A program made the position numbers and the translations under genes. A stretch of 64,000 nt of DNA from Nitrososphaeria archaeon (GTDB lineage Archaea; Thermoproteota; Nitrososphaeria; JACIWG01). How positions within the stretch are numbered: the stretch's first letter is position 1; every line of letters starts with the position of its first letter. The notes under the pieces were generated by a model, which worked only from the letters and a program-made list of their open reading frames with translations, was not told the origin of the DNA and ran no database searches. Below, in pieces: positions 50,911 to 60,190 of the stretch. The stretch lies in the NCBI GenBank assembly GCA_050011875.1, contig JBEKIG010000001.1, forward strand, positions 96,001 to 160,000. Direction: 5' to 3'.

Positions 50911-51798
50911 TTAGCCAAACTTCCCAGTTATATACCTCTCCGTCAGTTCTTCCCGTGGAGTACTAAAAAGCGTAGTCGTTTCAGTGTATTCGATAAGTTT
51001 TCCCAGATAGAGGAAGGCTGTATAGTCTGAAACCCTAGCTGCCTGCTGCATATTATGCGTCACTATTACGACAGTATATTCTCTTTTAAGGGCTATTATT
51101 AACTCTTCAATCTTAGCTGTGGCAACAGGGTCAAGGGCTGAACAGGGCTCATCCATAAGGATAACCTCTGGTTCAACTGCAAGAGCCCGCGCAATACACA
51201 GTCTCTGCTGCTGTCCACCCGACAAAGCGGTCCCAGTTTTCTTAAGCTCATCCTTGACTTCGTCCCACAATCCTGCCTGCTCGAGACCCTTCCTGACAAC
51301 TTCGTTCAACTTCTTTTTATCTTTTATTCCATTCAATTTAAGACCTGCGGCAACGTTGTCGAAGATAGACATAGTTGGGAATGGATTGGGTTTCTGGAAC
51401 ACCATACCAACTCTTCTCCTAACAGCAACGGGGTCGATGTCCTTAGAGTATACGTCAACACCGTCTAGAAAAACCTTACCTGAAACTGTTGCTGAAGGAA
51501 CCAGTTCATGCATTCTATTAAAACATCTTATCAGTGTAGATTTTCCGCAGCCGGAAGGCCCTATGATTGCGGTTACAGCATTAGATTTTATTTCCATAGA
51601 GATGTCTTTGATAGCGTTCTTATTTCCATACCAAGCACTAAGGTTTTCTGTCCTGATCTTGTAGACTTCAGTTATTCCATTTAGTTTAGGTAAGTTAACG
51701 CTTCTTGAATCCATCCTCTGTTCTTCTAGCAGAACCTTAAATTCTACTTTTATACTTTCCTCTTGCAGCAAATCTGTTATTACCCTTTCGCCTTTCAT
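50911..51798 (-). CDS. pstB: Phosphate ABC transporter ATPase
   Basis: [26 protein letters not shown] and HNMQQA motifs; start position uncertain. Confidence 0.96.
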   Translation of the reverse strand: MKGERVITDLLQEESIKVEFKVLLEEQRMDSRSVNLPKLNGITEVYKIRTENLSAWYGNKNAIKDISMEIKSNAVTAIIGPSGCGKSTLIRCFNRMHELVPSATVSGKVFLDGVDVYSKDIDPVAVRRRVGMVFQKPNPFPTMSIFDNVAAGLKLNGIKDKKKLNEVVRKGLEQAGLWDEVKDELKKTGTALSGGQQQRLCIARALAVEPEVILMDEPCSALDPVATAKIEELIIALKREYTVVIVTHNMQQAARVSDYTAFLYLGKLIEYTETTTLFSTPREELTERYITGKFG

Positions 51799-51810
51799 AA
51801 CTTTATAGTA

Positions 51811-52857
51811 TCATGTCAATATTGATTCAACAGTTAGATTGAGTACGATTTCGGCAATGTCAGTGGCATACTCTGCGGTTCTGCGAATGCTTTCAATAAT
51901 CAATCGAATATACGATGCTTCTTCAACCTCCATCTTTTGAGACGAAATAACAGCTTCTTTTTCTATAGAAATAACATCCTTTGTTTTCTCGAATATGCTT
52001 TCCGCGAGATTGAAATCCTGTTTGAAAAGGGTTTCCATGGCTGTTTCAAACATTGAAATCGCTGTATTGCTCATGGTTTCTAGCTTTAGGATTATTTCCG
52101 GTTCCAACTGTTTTCTTAGTTGTAGGACGTTTTCTGCGATTTTAGCAGCGTGATCAGCAGTTCTTTCAACCGACTTTGTTACGAGACGATAGCCTAAACA
52201 ATCACGGGCATTTTGCAAGCCTATTTCTCTTATTAATTTAGGATTTTGAATCGCAGTCTTGAGCTGTCTGACTACATAGAGGTTGAATCTGTCCACTTCA
52301 TTGTCTGTGGTTATGACCTCTTTGGCCAGCTGAGGATCTAATCCTTTTAGGGCAGTTATTGCGTCCCTGTGCATTGAAGCAGCTATTATGCTTGTTCGTC
52401 TGAGGGCGCTTTGAACAGAAAGTTCAGGATAACTCAATAAAACCTGCAACGTTAGCTCTTGTGGTGTGTCCGTGACTATTTCGGTTCCAACAAGCATGAT
52501 GCGAGAAAAATCTTTTAAGTCATGTCTTTGATTTGCGGATAACTGTCTTTGGCTTTCAGCTTTTATATGTATTATGTTATAGCCCACGAGGTAGGCGGAG
52601 ACAGTTTTTCTGATTATCGAGTCTGAAGAATCTTTAGGTGTCACTTTGATTGTAGCTTCGTCTAGTCTCTTTTGTTGCATGTTTGTGTCTGTTGGTATGA
52701 TTGATAATAGACCGCCTTCTTCTTCACGTAGTTTTATCGAGCTCCCTCTTTTAAGATCGTTTTGCCTGATCCAACTTATGGGTAATGAGATTATGAAGGT
52801 TGATCCTCCAGTAAACTGAAGTTTTCTCGTTTCTTCATTAAGTCTAGTTTCAAGCAT
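51811..52857 (-). CDS. Archaeal phosphate uptake regulator (AbrB-like DNA-binding domain + PhoU domains)
   Basis: RKLQFTGGSTFIISLP..W N-terminus; ERTADHA and RRTAEYATDIAE motifs. Confidence 0.92.
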   Translation of the reverse strand: MLETRLNEETRKLQFTGGSTFIISLPISWIRQNDLKRGSSIKLREEEGGLLSIIPTDTNMQQKRLDEATIKVTPKDSSDSIIRKTVSAYLVGYNIIHIKAESQRQLSANQRHDLKDFSRIMLVGTEIVTDTPQELTLQVLLSYPELSVQSALRRTSIIAASMHRDAITALKGLDPQLAKEVITTDNEVDRFNLYVVRQLKTAIQNPKLIREIGLQNARDCLGYRLVTKSVERTADHAAKIAENVLQLRKQLEPEIILKLETMSNTAISMFETAMETLFKQDFNLAESIFEKTKDVISIEKEAVISSQKMEVEEASYIRLIIESIRRTAEYATDIAEIVLNLTVESILT

Positions 52858-53103
52858 CTAAATACCCCTCCGTAATTATTATAGTTAGCTATTAATATAT
52901 ATTTTATCTATATAGTTTTTAAATAGGAGGACACAAATTATGCTTTGGTTTTTGATACTTTAGTTAATATTATTTGGCAAATAAAACATATAAAAGTATG
53001 GTAGAAGGTGGAGGATCGTCAAAACATTTTTATCGATGTCTCATTACTTTTGTTTTTAAACAGAAATCCTACGAGTAGTGTAACAGATAACTAGATGGGT
53101 TGT

Positions 53104-53127
53104 CTTTATAGTCTATATAGTTTATAG
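53104..53127. promoter_or_regulatory. Candidate phosphate-regulon operator upstream of pstS
   Basis: TATAG-T-CTATA palindrome and TATAG repeats; a related CTATATAG occurs at 52908-52915 before the regulator gene. Confidence 0.45.
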
Positions 53128-53146
53128 AGAGAATATATATATAATA

Positions 53147-54403
53147 ATGTTTGGCAACCACGCAAATAGAGAAAAAATGAAAAATACGTACCTAATCGCC
53201 GTAGTAATAGTGGCGATAGTCATAATCGTAGCAGCAACTGCTGGCTACGCATACATCAGCTCCTCAACAAAAACTTCAACAACAACAATTCCAACAACAG
53301 TAACATCGACTTTTACAAGTGCAATAACAACCACTTCGGTCATCACCTCGACCATCACACCGACCAGTAATACTACAAGTCCAACAGGAGCACCAGTATC
53401 GGTTACCGGAGCAGGGGGAACTCTGATCTACCCGCTCATGTCTGCTTGGGAGTTCACCTATAACCAACTTAATCCAAACGTTCAAGTCAATTATGCAAGC
53501 GTCGGCAGTGGCGCAGGAATCCAACAAATCACAGCACAGACAGTCGACTTCGGCGGCTCAGACGCACCATTGACAGCAGCACAATATGCTGCACTTCCCT
53601 CAGGTAAAGTTCTCCTCACCATACCAGAATCTGCCAGTGCAGTTGTTCCAGCATATAACTTGCCAGGAATTAGCAATGGCCTAAATTTCACTGGAAATGT
53701 CTTAGCTCAAATCTTCCTTGGTAATATAACGAACTGGAACGACCCTGCCATTGCAGCTCTTAACCCCGGTAAAACCCTGCCGAACCATGCCATCGTAGTG
53801 ATCCACAGATCCGATGGTAGCGGAACCATGTACGCCTTCACCAACTATCTCTCTGATTCGAGCACCCAGTGGGCAACCAAAGTTGGCAAAGGAACTTCAG
53901 TAAATTGGCCTGTTGGTCTCGGAGAAAAAGGTAATGAAGGTGTGGCGGCAACCATTATAAACACGCAATATTCGATGGGTCCTATTGAAATCGCATACGA
54001 AATCAATAACAAGGGTCTGATTTCATATGGAGCAGTGCAAAACGCAGCAGGTAACTTCATACTAGCGAACCTAACTAATATAGGAGAAGCAATTAATGCA
54101 GGCGCTACAAGTCTTCCGGCAGGAAACGCCCATTGGACGAACGTATCTATAATCGACAACATATTTAATGATAAGGCAGCAACTTACGCTTATCCAGTCT
54201 CAACGCTAACTTACCTACTGGTCTATCAGCAGCAGACTAATCTAGCAATAGGCACAGCTGTGGTGAACTTCATCTGGTGGATCGTAAACTCTGCGCAATC
54301 AGCCGGATCGAGTTTGGGTTACATACCATTGCCAGCAAACATTGTCTTAATCGATGATGCAACCCTCAATTCAATCACGTACAACGGTGTAGCAATACAC
54401 TAG
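53147..54403 (+). CDS. pstS: Phosphate ABC transporter substrate-binding protein
   Basis: GSGAG, DFGGSD, HRSDGSGT and KGNEG motifs; N-terminal TM helix plus Thr-rich linker. Probable start 53177. Confidence 0.96.
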   Translation: MFGNHANREKMKNTYLIAVVIVAIVIIVAATAGYAYISSSTKTSTTTIPTTVTSTFTSAITTTSVITSTITPTSNTTSPTGAPVSVTGAGGTLIYPLMSAWEFTYNQLNPNVQVNYASVGSGAGIQQITAQTVDFGGSDAPLTAAQYAALPSGKVLLTIPESASAVVPAYNLPGISNGLNFTGNVLAQIFLGNITNWNDPAIAALNPGKTLPNHAIVVIHRSDGSGTMYAFTNYLSDSSTQWATKVGKGTSVNWPVGLGEKGNEGVAATIINTQYSMGPIEIAYEINNKGLISYGAVQNAAGNFILANLTNIGEAINAGATSLPAGNAHWTNVSIIDNIFNDKAATYAYPVSTLTYLLVYQQQTNLAIGTAVVNFIWWIVNSAQSAGSSLGYIPLPANIVLIDDATLNSITYNGVAIH

Positions 54404-54485
54404 GGAACCTAATTGTTTATTAGGTTCTTTTTTACCACTTTTTTTTATAATTTCGTGAATAAAAAATGCGAGGTCTAAATTAAGA

Positions 54486-55418
54486 TTGCACCGTGAAGCT
54501 TTGAAAGGTGACATAATCTTAAAGGCAGTTGTCGCCATGGCAGCTGTCTTCATCGTATGCTTACTTGGGTCACTCGCATTGGAGTTGTTTTCAGGTTCAA
54601 ATCTTTCCATCGCCAAGTTTGGCCTATCCTTTGTTATAGGTAGAACTTGGGATCCAGTGCATGAAATTTTTGGTGCATTACCTTTTATTTACGGAACGTT
54701 ATTGACTTCTGCCATTGCTCTTCTTATAGGACTACCCATTAGTATAGGAGTGGCGATATTTCTCACAGAGAAGCTCAAAACCAAAAAAGGAATTGCTTAT
54801 GTGCTTGGAACTTTGGTAGAGCTTCTCGCGGCAGTGCCGAGTGTTATTTACGGGTTATGGGGGCTGTTATTCTTAAGTCCTATCCTTCGAGACTATGTCG
54901 AGACGCCTTTACATAGTTACCTCAGCTTTGTTCCTCTCTTTTCTGAAACGCCGTTCGGTCTCGATTTCTTTACCGCTGGAATCATACTTGCCATAATGAT
55001 AATTCCAACGATCTCTGCGGTCTCTAAGGATATCCTGAACGCAGTTCCAAATAGCCAAAGGGAAGCCATGTACTCACTTGGTGCCACAGACTGGGAAGTT
55101 ACACAAAAGAGCGTTCTCCCTTATGCGAGGTCAGGCATTTTTGGAGCAACAATCCTTGGTTTAGGGAGAGCCGTGGGTGAAACTATGGCGGTGACGATGG
55201 TGATTGGCAACGCGCCTAGAATTACGGCGGACCTATTTTCCGGCGGATACACATTGGCTGCTGCGATAGCGAATGAGTTCACAGAGGCATCTTCCCCACT
55301 CTATCTTTCTGCTCTCATCGAACTTGGCCTGATACTATTTTTTGTAGCTTTAATTATCAATGTTTTCGCCAGATTTTTGCTTTGGAGGATGATGCGGGGT
55401 GTACGATTCAGAGCCTGA
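54486..55418 (+). CDS. pstC: Phosphate ABC transporter permease
   Basis: LAAVPSVIYGLWG and GRAVGETMAV motifs. Confidence 0.96.
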   Translation: MHREALKGDIILKAVVAMAAVFIVCLLGSLALELFSGSNLSIAKFGLSFVIGRTWDPVHEIFGALPFIYGTLLTSAIALLIGLPISIGVAIFLTEKLKTKKGIAYVLGTLVELLAAVPSVIYGLWGLLFLSPILRDYVETPLHSYLSFVPLFSETPFGLDFFTAGIILAIMIIPTISAVSKDILNAVPNSQREAMYSLGATDWEVTQKSVLPYARSGIFGATILGLGRAVGETMAVTMVIGNAPRITADLFSGGYTLAAAIANEFTEASSPLYLSALIELGLILFFVALIINVFARFLLWRMMRGVRFRA

Positions 55419-56307
55419 GAAAGATAAAGATACAGTGAAGAGGATTAGCCTCGCTACTGGTACAGGTCGCAGGCGGAGGGTAGTTGACAAAGCGATGACG
55501 GGCCTTGTCTTGTTAGCTGTAGCCCTTGCGGTAACTCCCTTGGTGCTAATACTAGGCGTAGTCGTCTTGCGGGGGGCTCCCGTCATGAGTTTATCGTTTC
55601 TAACTAATCTTCCTAGGCCTGTGGGTGTTCCTGGAGGGGGGATAGCTAATGCGCTGTTTGGCAGTTTCATAATGGTGGGGATAGCTGCGTTGATAGCTGT
55701 GCCCATCGGTGTTGGGGCGGGAATTTTCTTTTCGGAGTGGCCAGAGTCTCGGCTTTCCACGGTTTCAAGTTTTACGAATGATGTGCTAGCGGAGTTTCCT
55801 TCGATTGTGATTGGGATTTTTGTTTATGTTATAATTGTTTTATCAACTAAGACCTTCTCTGCGTTGGCTGGGGCTGTTGCGCTTAGTATCATAATGATGC
55901 CGATAATTGCGAGGACTACTGAGGAGTCTCTTAAGCTTGTTCCTATGACGTTGAGGGAGGCTTCGATGGCACTTGGAGTTTCGAGATGGAGAACTGTAAT
56001 TAAGGTGGTCATAGGCACGGGGAAGAGCGGGCTGATTACTGGTATACTTCTAGCTGTCGCTCGTGCTGCAGGTGAGACAGCGCCTTTGATTTTAACTGCT
56101 CTGGGTAGTGTCTATTTTCCGACTAGCCTTAATCAGCCCACTGCGGCTTTGCCGCTTTTAATTTATACGTACGCGATCTCTCCGTTTAAAGATTGGCAGG
56201 CGCAGGCGTGGGGTGCGGCTTTGATTCTTATAGCGATCATGTTTGTATTGAATCTCTCCATCAAGCTTTTTATCGGGAGGAGATCTGTGGTGAGGGCAGA
56301 AACTTGA
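55399..56307 (+). CDS. pstA: Phosphate ABC transporter permease
   Basis: GGIANA, LREASMALG and ARAAGETAP motifs. Confidence 0.96.
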   Translation: MYDSEPEKDKDTVKRISLATGTGRRRRVVDKAMTGLVLLAVALAVTPLVLILGVVVLRGAPVMSLSFLTNLPRPVGVPGGGIANALFGSFIMVGIAALIAVPIGVGAGIFFSEWPESRLSTVSSFTNDVLAEFPSIVIGIFVYVIIVLSTKTFSALAGAVALSIIMMPIIARTTEESLKLVPMTLREASMALGVSRWRTVIKVVIGTGKSGLITGILLAVARAAGETAPLILTALGSVYFPTSLNQPTAALPLLIYTYAISPFKDWQAQAWGAALILIAIMFVLNLSIKLFIGRRSVVRAET

Positions 56308-56422
56308 TTATTATGAATGGGCATCTATCGTTTTGCTGCTAAATGTAATAATAGAGTTACAAAATCCATATTGACATAAAAATTAAGGTTAACTTTATAT
56401 TTTTTAATATGATGAACACATT

Positions 56423-57649
56423 TTAGAATATCGACTTGTACGTAGCAAAAATAGGGAGCTCATCTTTGGAAAAGGCAAGACTAGTTAATTGTGTAACTAC
56501 ATTGAACGTTGTCTTTATCGTTAGGTTTTCGCCTGTAACTCCGATTATCAGCGTGTATGTTCCAGGCGTAACGTCAACTTTGAAGTGTGGGTCTTTACTT
56601 GCTTGCCAGTAGAGGGTACCTATCTGTCCCTGAGGACCAGGCAGAGGAGCTTGGGTCGAGTGCCCAAGCTGATACGCTAACCCCCAAACTTGCTGGTTTT
56701 GGGAATTAAATACGTCTAATTCCACTTGTGAGGCGTTGACCTCCTGCGCCCCTGTCAGATTGAAGCGTATCCAGAGGTAGTCGTTAGGATTCACGGACGT
56801 ACTTGAAAGTGTAACCTCCAGTTTCAGCCCTGAGGTTTCGTTAGTCAGCGTCGGACCAAGGAACTCGGTAGGTGGCGAAGTTGCGGTGGTCATCGAAGTA
56901 GTCGTGGGTGAAGAAGTTGAAGTTGTTGAAGTAGCTGTTGTAGTAATTATTAGAGGAGCCTGTAGCTCTACCTGTTCAATCTCGTTAAGGTCAATGTTGT
57001 AGTAAACACCTTCAACAATGATGGTATAATTACCAGGGGTTTGTTTGTGAGGTGGGTTTCCTGGGCCCAGCTGGTTTGGTAAGTTTGTGCCCGTATCCCA
57101 CGTGTCACTGAGAGCCCAGCTATAACCTTTGATGAAGTTCGGTGGCGGAGGACCTGTGGGGCCTGTAGCGTAAGGAGACCACTCCCAGTATACAGCGTTA
57201 CCTTTTTCGTTGTAAATTGTTATGTTAAACTTGCCATAGTATTCGAGTAGTGAAAGGTGTGAGGAGTTGTTTACATTTGTCATGGAAACGAAATATTTGA
57301 AGGTGCCGCCAACATTAAATGAAGGAGTGTATGTTAGATTAAGTAAAATACCCCGCTCTTCGACCCACACTGAAACCAAAACACCACCAGCTTGTTCAGA
57401 GAAGTTGTTGTTAAAGGGAAACGATGTCGTGAACGGAGTCGTGAGAGAAATGGTGCGAGAGAACTGTGTTGCGGTAGTAGTTGTATTTGAATGGAGCTGT
57501 GCTGTTGTTGAAGTTGTATTAGGAGGACTTGTTGAGCCTTTGAATGATGTTGGGTTAAAGTAGATGACGCTTCCAACAACTACAGCCGTAACTATAAGGG
57601 CGACAAAAACTATCTTATAGGAGGATTTATCGACCGATTGTTTCATCAT
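56423..57649 (-). CDS. Membrane-anchored Thr-rich surface protein with two Ig-like domains
   Basis: N-terminal TM helix; T/S linkers; two related beta domains ending in W...PG.YT. Confidence 0.7.
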   Translation of the reverse strand: MMKQSVDKSSYKIVFVALIVTAVVVGSVIYFNPTSFKGSTSPPNTTSTTAQLHSNTTTTATQFSRTISLTTPFTTSFPFNNNFSEQAGGVLVSVWVEERGILLNLTYTPSFNVGGTFKYFVSMTNVNNSSHLSLLEYYGKFNITIYNEKGNAVYWEWSPYATGPTGPPPPNFIKGYSWALSDTWDTGTNLPNQLGPGNPPHKQTPGNYTIIVEGVYYNIDLNEIEQVELQAPLIITTTATSTTSTSSPTTTSMTTATSPPTEFLGPTLTNETSGLKLEVTLSSTSVNPNDYLWIRFNLTGAQEVNASQVELDVFNSQNQQVWGLAYQLGHSTQAPLPGPQGQIGTLYWQASKDPHFKVDVTPGTYTLIIGVTGENLTIKTTFNVVTQLTSLAFSKDELPIFATYKSIF

Positions 57650-57666
57650 ATCACTACACCTTTAGA

Positions 57667-58374
57667 TCAGCTGGTTTGAATTGCTACAAAATATATTGTG
57701 TTCGATGATAGTGGAGAACTGAAGTTTAGGTTGATAGTTAGAGATGTTCCTGCTGTCACTTTGATAGGTAGGATTGGGTTTGATGTGCCTCCGTTCACGC
57801 TTGACAGGGGGTTTCCGTTTACGAGTATGCCTTTAATGGTCTGGTCTGTGCTCCCAGTGTTCATGACGCTAACAAGCACCTGAGTCGGGCTGACGGCTGT
57901 CACGTTTGTTACTTCAAGCCTTTCTATGCTCGTAACTGTAGTTGTTAAGGTTACAGTTGTCGTTAAACCCTGCGTCTCAGTTGTTGTTACGGTCGCAGTC
58001 GCAGTGCCAACTTGCTGTGTCACAGTAACAGTTACAGGAGGTCCGGACGTTATAGTGGGAGAACCAGTTGCAGTAGATGTAATAGTTGTAACTGTTATAG
58101 GTGTTGTAGACGTCGTACCAGACGAAGTCGTACTAAACGAAGTTAACTGTGTAGTAGTAGTACTTGGACCACTGTAGGTTGTTGTGGCTGTGCTTGTAGC
58201 TGTAGTGATAGAAGTCGTAGTTGTAGTTGTAGAACTGGGTATTGTGGAAGTCGTCTGCGTCGGCTGCAGTGGAAGAAGGTAGAATGCTGCCCCTGCCAGA
58301 ACCAACGCTAATACGGTGGCTACGAAAACTCCTACAACTATCTGTCTTTTATATTCCGACATTATGCTCGTCAA
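57667..58374 (-). CDS. Membrane-anchored Thr-rich surface protein with an Ig/pilin-like C-terminal domain
   Basis: TM helix, long Thr tract, V.NTGS....I..I.VNG motif; the C-terminus may be truncated. Confidence 0.7.
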   Translation of the reverse strand: MTSIMSEYKRQIVVGVFVATVLALVLAGAAFYLLPLQPTQTTSTIPSSTTTTTTSITTATSTATTTYSGPSTTTTQLTSFSTTSSGTTSTTPITVTTITSTATGSPTITSGPPVTVTVTQQVGTATATVTTTETQGLTTTVTLTTTVTSIERLEVTNVTAVSPTQVLVSVMNTGSTDQTIKGILVNGNPLSSVNGGTSNPILPIKVTAGTSLTINLNFSSPLSSNTIYFVAIQTS

Positions 58375-58429
58375 CCAGTACCTCTGAACCGGATATATTG
58401 CTATTAATAGAAAGACAGGAAAGTAGAGT

Positions 58430-58487
58430 TTTCTAATTTTAGAAAACGTCTTTCTAATTTTAGAAAACGTCTTTCTAATTTTAGAAA
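58430..58487. repeat. Three tandem 21-bp units, each containing the palindrome TTTCTAA-TT-TTAGAAA (operator array)
   Basis: TTTCTAATTTTAGAAAACGTC at 58430 and 58451, plus a 16-bp core at 58472. Confidence 0.92.
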
Positions 58488-58533
58488 TTGATAAGGCTTA
58501 ATACTTTATAGTTTATCGTTAAATTGAAAACTG

Positions 58534-58956
58534 TTGAGTGCTGAAGAAGAAGATGAAGCAAAGGTTTTGAGGGGTACAACTCTTAGAGTTTACCGTTTCA
58601 TATTCAAGGCGGGAAAGCCTGTTGGAATCAGCGAATTGCAGGAGGGTCTTGGTTTCAGCTCCTCGTCCGTCGCATCATATCACGTCAGCAAGCTTCTTGA
58701 GGCTGGGCTAATCAGAGAGCAGGACAAAGGCTACGTCATGGACAAGGTTGTTTTTGACAACATGGTCAGAGTGAGAAGGACGCTCATACCCTTCCAGACG
58801 GCGTATATGGCGTTCTTCGCTGTAGCATTCCTGATTCTGTTAACTTATCTGAGGCCGCCTCAGATAACGTCTACATATGGTTTCGCTTTAGTGGTGTGCT
58901 TGGTAGGGGTTGCAACATCGCTGTATGAAGTGGTTAGGGCGTTGAAGAAGGTGTGA
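58534..58956 (+). CDS. Membrane-anchored winged-helix transcriptional regulator
   Basis: wHTH (GISELQEGLGFSSSSVASYHVSKLLEAGLI) followed by two C-terminal TM helices. Confidence 0.85.
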   Translation: MSAEEEDEAKVLRGTTLRVYRFIFKAGKPVGISELQEGLGFSSSSVASYHVSKLLEAGLIREQDKGYVMDKVVFDNMVRVRRTLIPFQTAYMAFFAVAFLILLTYLRPPQITSTYGFALVVCLVGVATSLYEVVRALKKV

Positions 58957-58960
58957 GATA

Positions 58961-59437
58961 ATGTCGTCTTCGAAGATAAGAAACAAGTTGTTGATCATGT
59001 TTATAGTTCTTACTTTGATATTCGGTTCCCTGTTTGCCTTCGAATTTGTACAGGTAAACAATTTGGAGAAGGAAGTGGGCGAGTTAAAGGGCTCCAACTC
59101 TACCACTGTCCCAGAGGAGGGCCTAATCTACTTCTACAAGATGGGCGATTTCTCTTATAAAATGGTGAGCGAGATGAACGAGGGTGAATCCATCACATTC
59201 AATGGCGTCACGTTCACAAACCTTCCCCTTAATCTCACCTACACCGGATGTGCTGTCCAGTTCTTCAAGTTCTCCTTCGCAGACGGTTCTTCCGAGATTG
59301 CGCAGATTAACCTATGCCCAATGGCCTTCGAGCCAGGTATGTACTTTACAAACCATATGAACCCGAGGGCGGGAGTGATTGTTTCACTTGGAGATTCACC
59401 TATTGCCAGAGGAATCTACCTCCTCGTCCAAAACTAA
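58961..59437 (+). CDS. Single-pass membrane protein with an extracellular domain
   Basis: Basic N-terminus, TM helix, two Cys; 4 bp downstream of the regulator gene. Confidence 0.7.
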   Translation: MSSSKIRNKLLIMFIVLTLIFGSLFAFEFVQVNNLEKEVGELKGSNSTTVPEEGLIYFYKMGDFSYKMVSEMNEGESITFNGVTFTNLPLNLTYTGCAVQFFKFSFADGSSEIAQINLCPMAFEPGMYFTNHMNPRAGVIVSLGDSPIARGIYLLVQN

Positions 59438-59469
59438 AGGTACTTACTTCCATATATGATAATCTAAAG

Positions 59470-59515
59470 ATGCGGCGTCCGGGATTATAAATCCTACGGT
59501 AATAATCGCACATAA
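59470..59515. repeat. Dispersed ~46-bp palindromic repeat, copy B
   Basis: Matches the reverse complement of 2908-2953; GGATT-ATA-AATCC hairpin. Confidence 0.8.
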
Positions 59516-59706
59516 TAATCGTCTAAAAAAGTTTACCTTTTAAAATCCAAGTAAATCAATTAAAATTTTAATAGATGTAAAGAGGAAAATTGAAGCCAGT
59601 GGGCTTCATACCCAAATGGGTTCTAAGCCATTTCCAAGAACGATCTTCCTTGGATAAAATTTTTTCGAGCCAGTCCAGTGGCTCATATTAGTCGGATTCA
59701 AACATC

Positions 59707-60045
59707 TTATGTCGACAACCACCGTCTTTCTTTGGCTTGCCTAATGACCTCAGCAAAAAGCTTGTCAGGGTAGAAAGTCGCGAACTGGCCCAACATCCAC
59801 CCCTTCCCTCTGTTCGCCCAATAGCAAGCACGGTATTCGACACTCTTATCCTCATCAAAAACGCACTGTTCCAACCCTTTCCAATACTCAAGCCCATTGT
59901 GACTAGGCTGATGAACAAAAATGAGATGCTTTATCGTTCCTTTGCGTTTTCCTTCCATCCCGAATACCCAATTCCGATTCTTGTACCGGAGCTTAATTTC
60001 CTCCGGGAATCTATCTGGAAAGCAGCTCTCGCACATGCCTAACAA
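59707..60045 (-). CDS. Hypothetical protein
   Basis: Protein-like composition (YRACYW...W..GQFAT...AK..W); function unknown. Confidence 0.55.
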   Translation of the reverse strand: MLGMCESCFPDRFPEEIKLRYKNRNWVFGMEGKRKGTIKHLIFVHQPSHNGLEYWKGLEQCVFDEDKSVEYRACYWANRGKGWMLGQFATFYPDKLFAEVIRQAKERRWLST

Positions 60046-60190
60046 GATTCTATTGATAATCTCATATTAATAAAATTTGTCTATCTAACTGTAGATTCTG
60101 TGAGAAATATATTCATTGACATATTAAGACTTAAATGCTCAATTTAATTTTAAACCTTATTATTTAATGGAAATAGAATATGATACCTGC

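Noticed and set aside
51119-51664. Long antisense ORFs (here and at e.g. 6497-6874, 21205-21633, 43855-44250)
   Set aside because: They lie opposite well-supported genes and carry no motifs of their own.
57900-58260. GTA/GTT-rich low-complexity repeats
   Set aside because: Explained by Thr-rich linker codons on the minus strand.
58430-58487. Mini-CRISPR array
   Set aside because: The units are contiguous with identical 5-bp linkers; there are no unique spacers and no cas genes.
59470-59520. Xer/dif site or replication-origin ORB
   Set aside because: It lacks the 11-6-11 dif arm symmetry and the ORB consensus with its G-string; no cdc6 or xerA gene is nearby.
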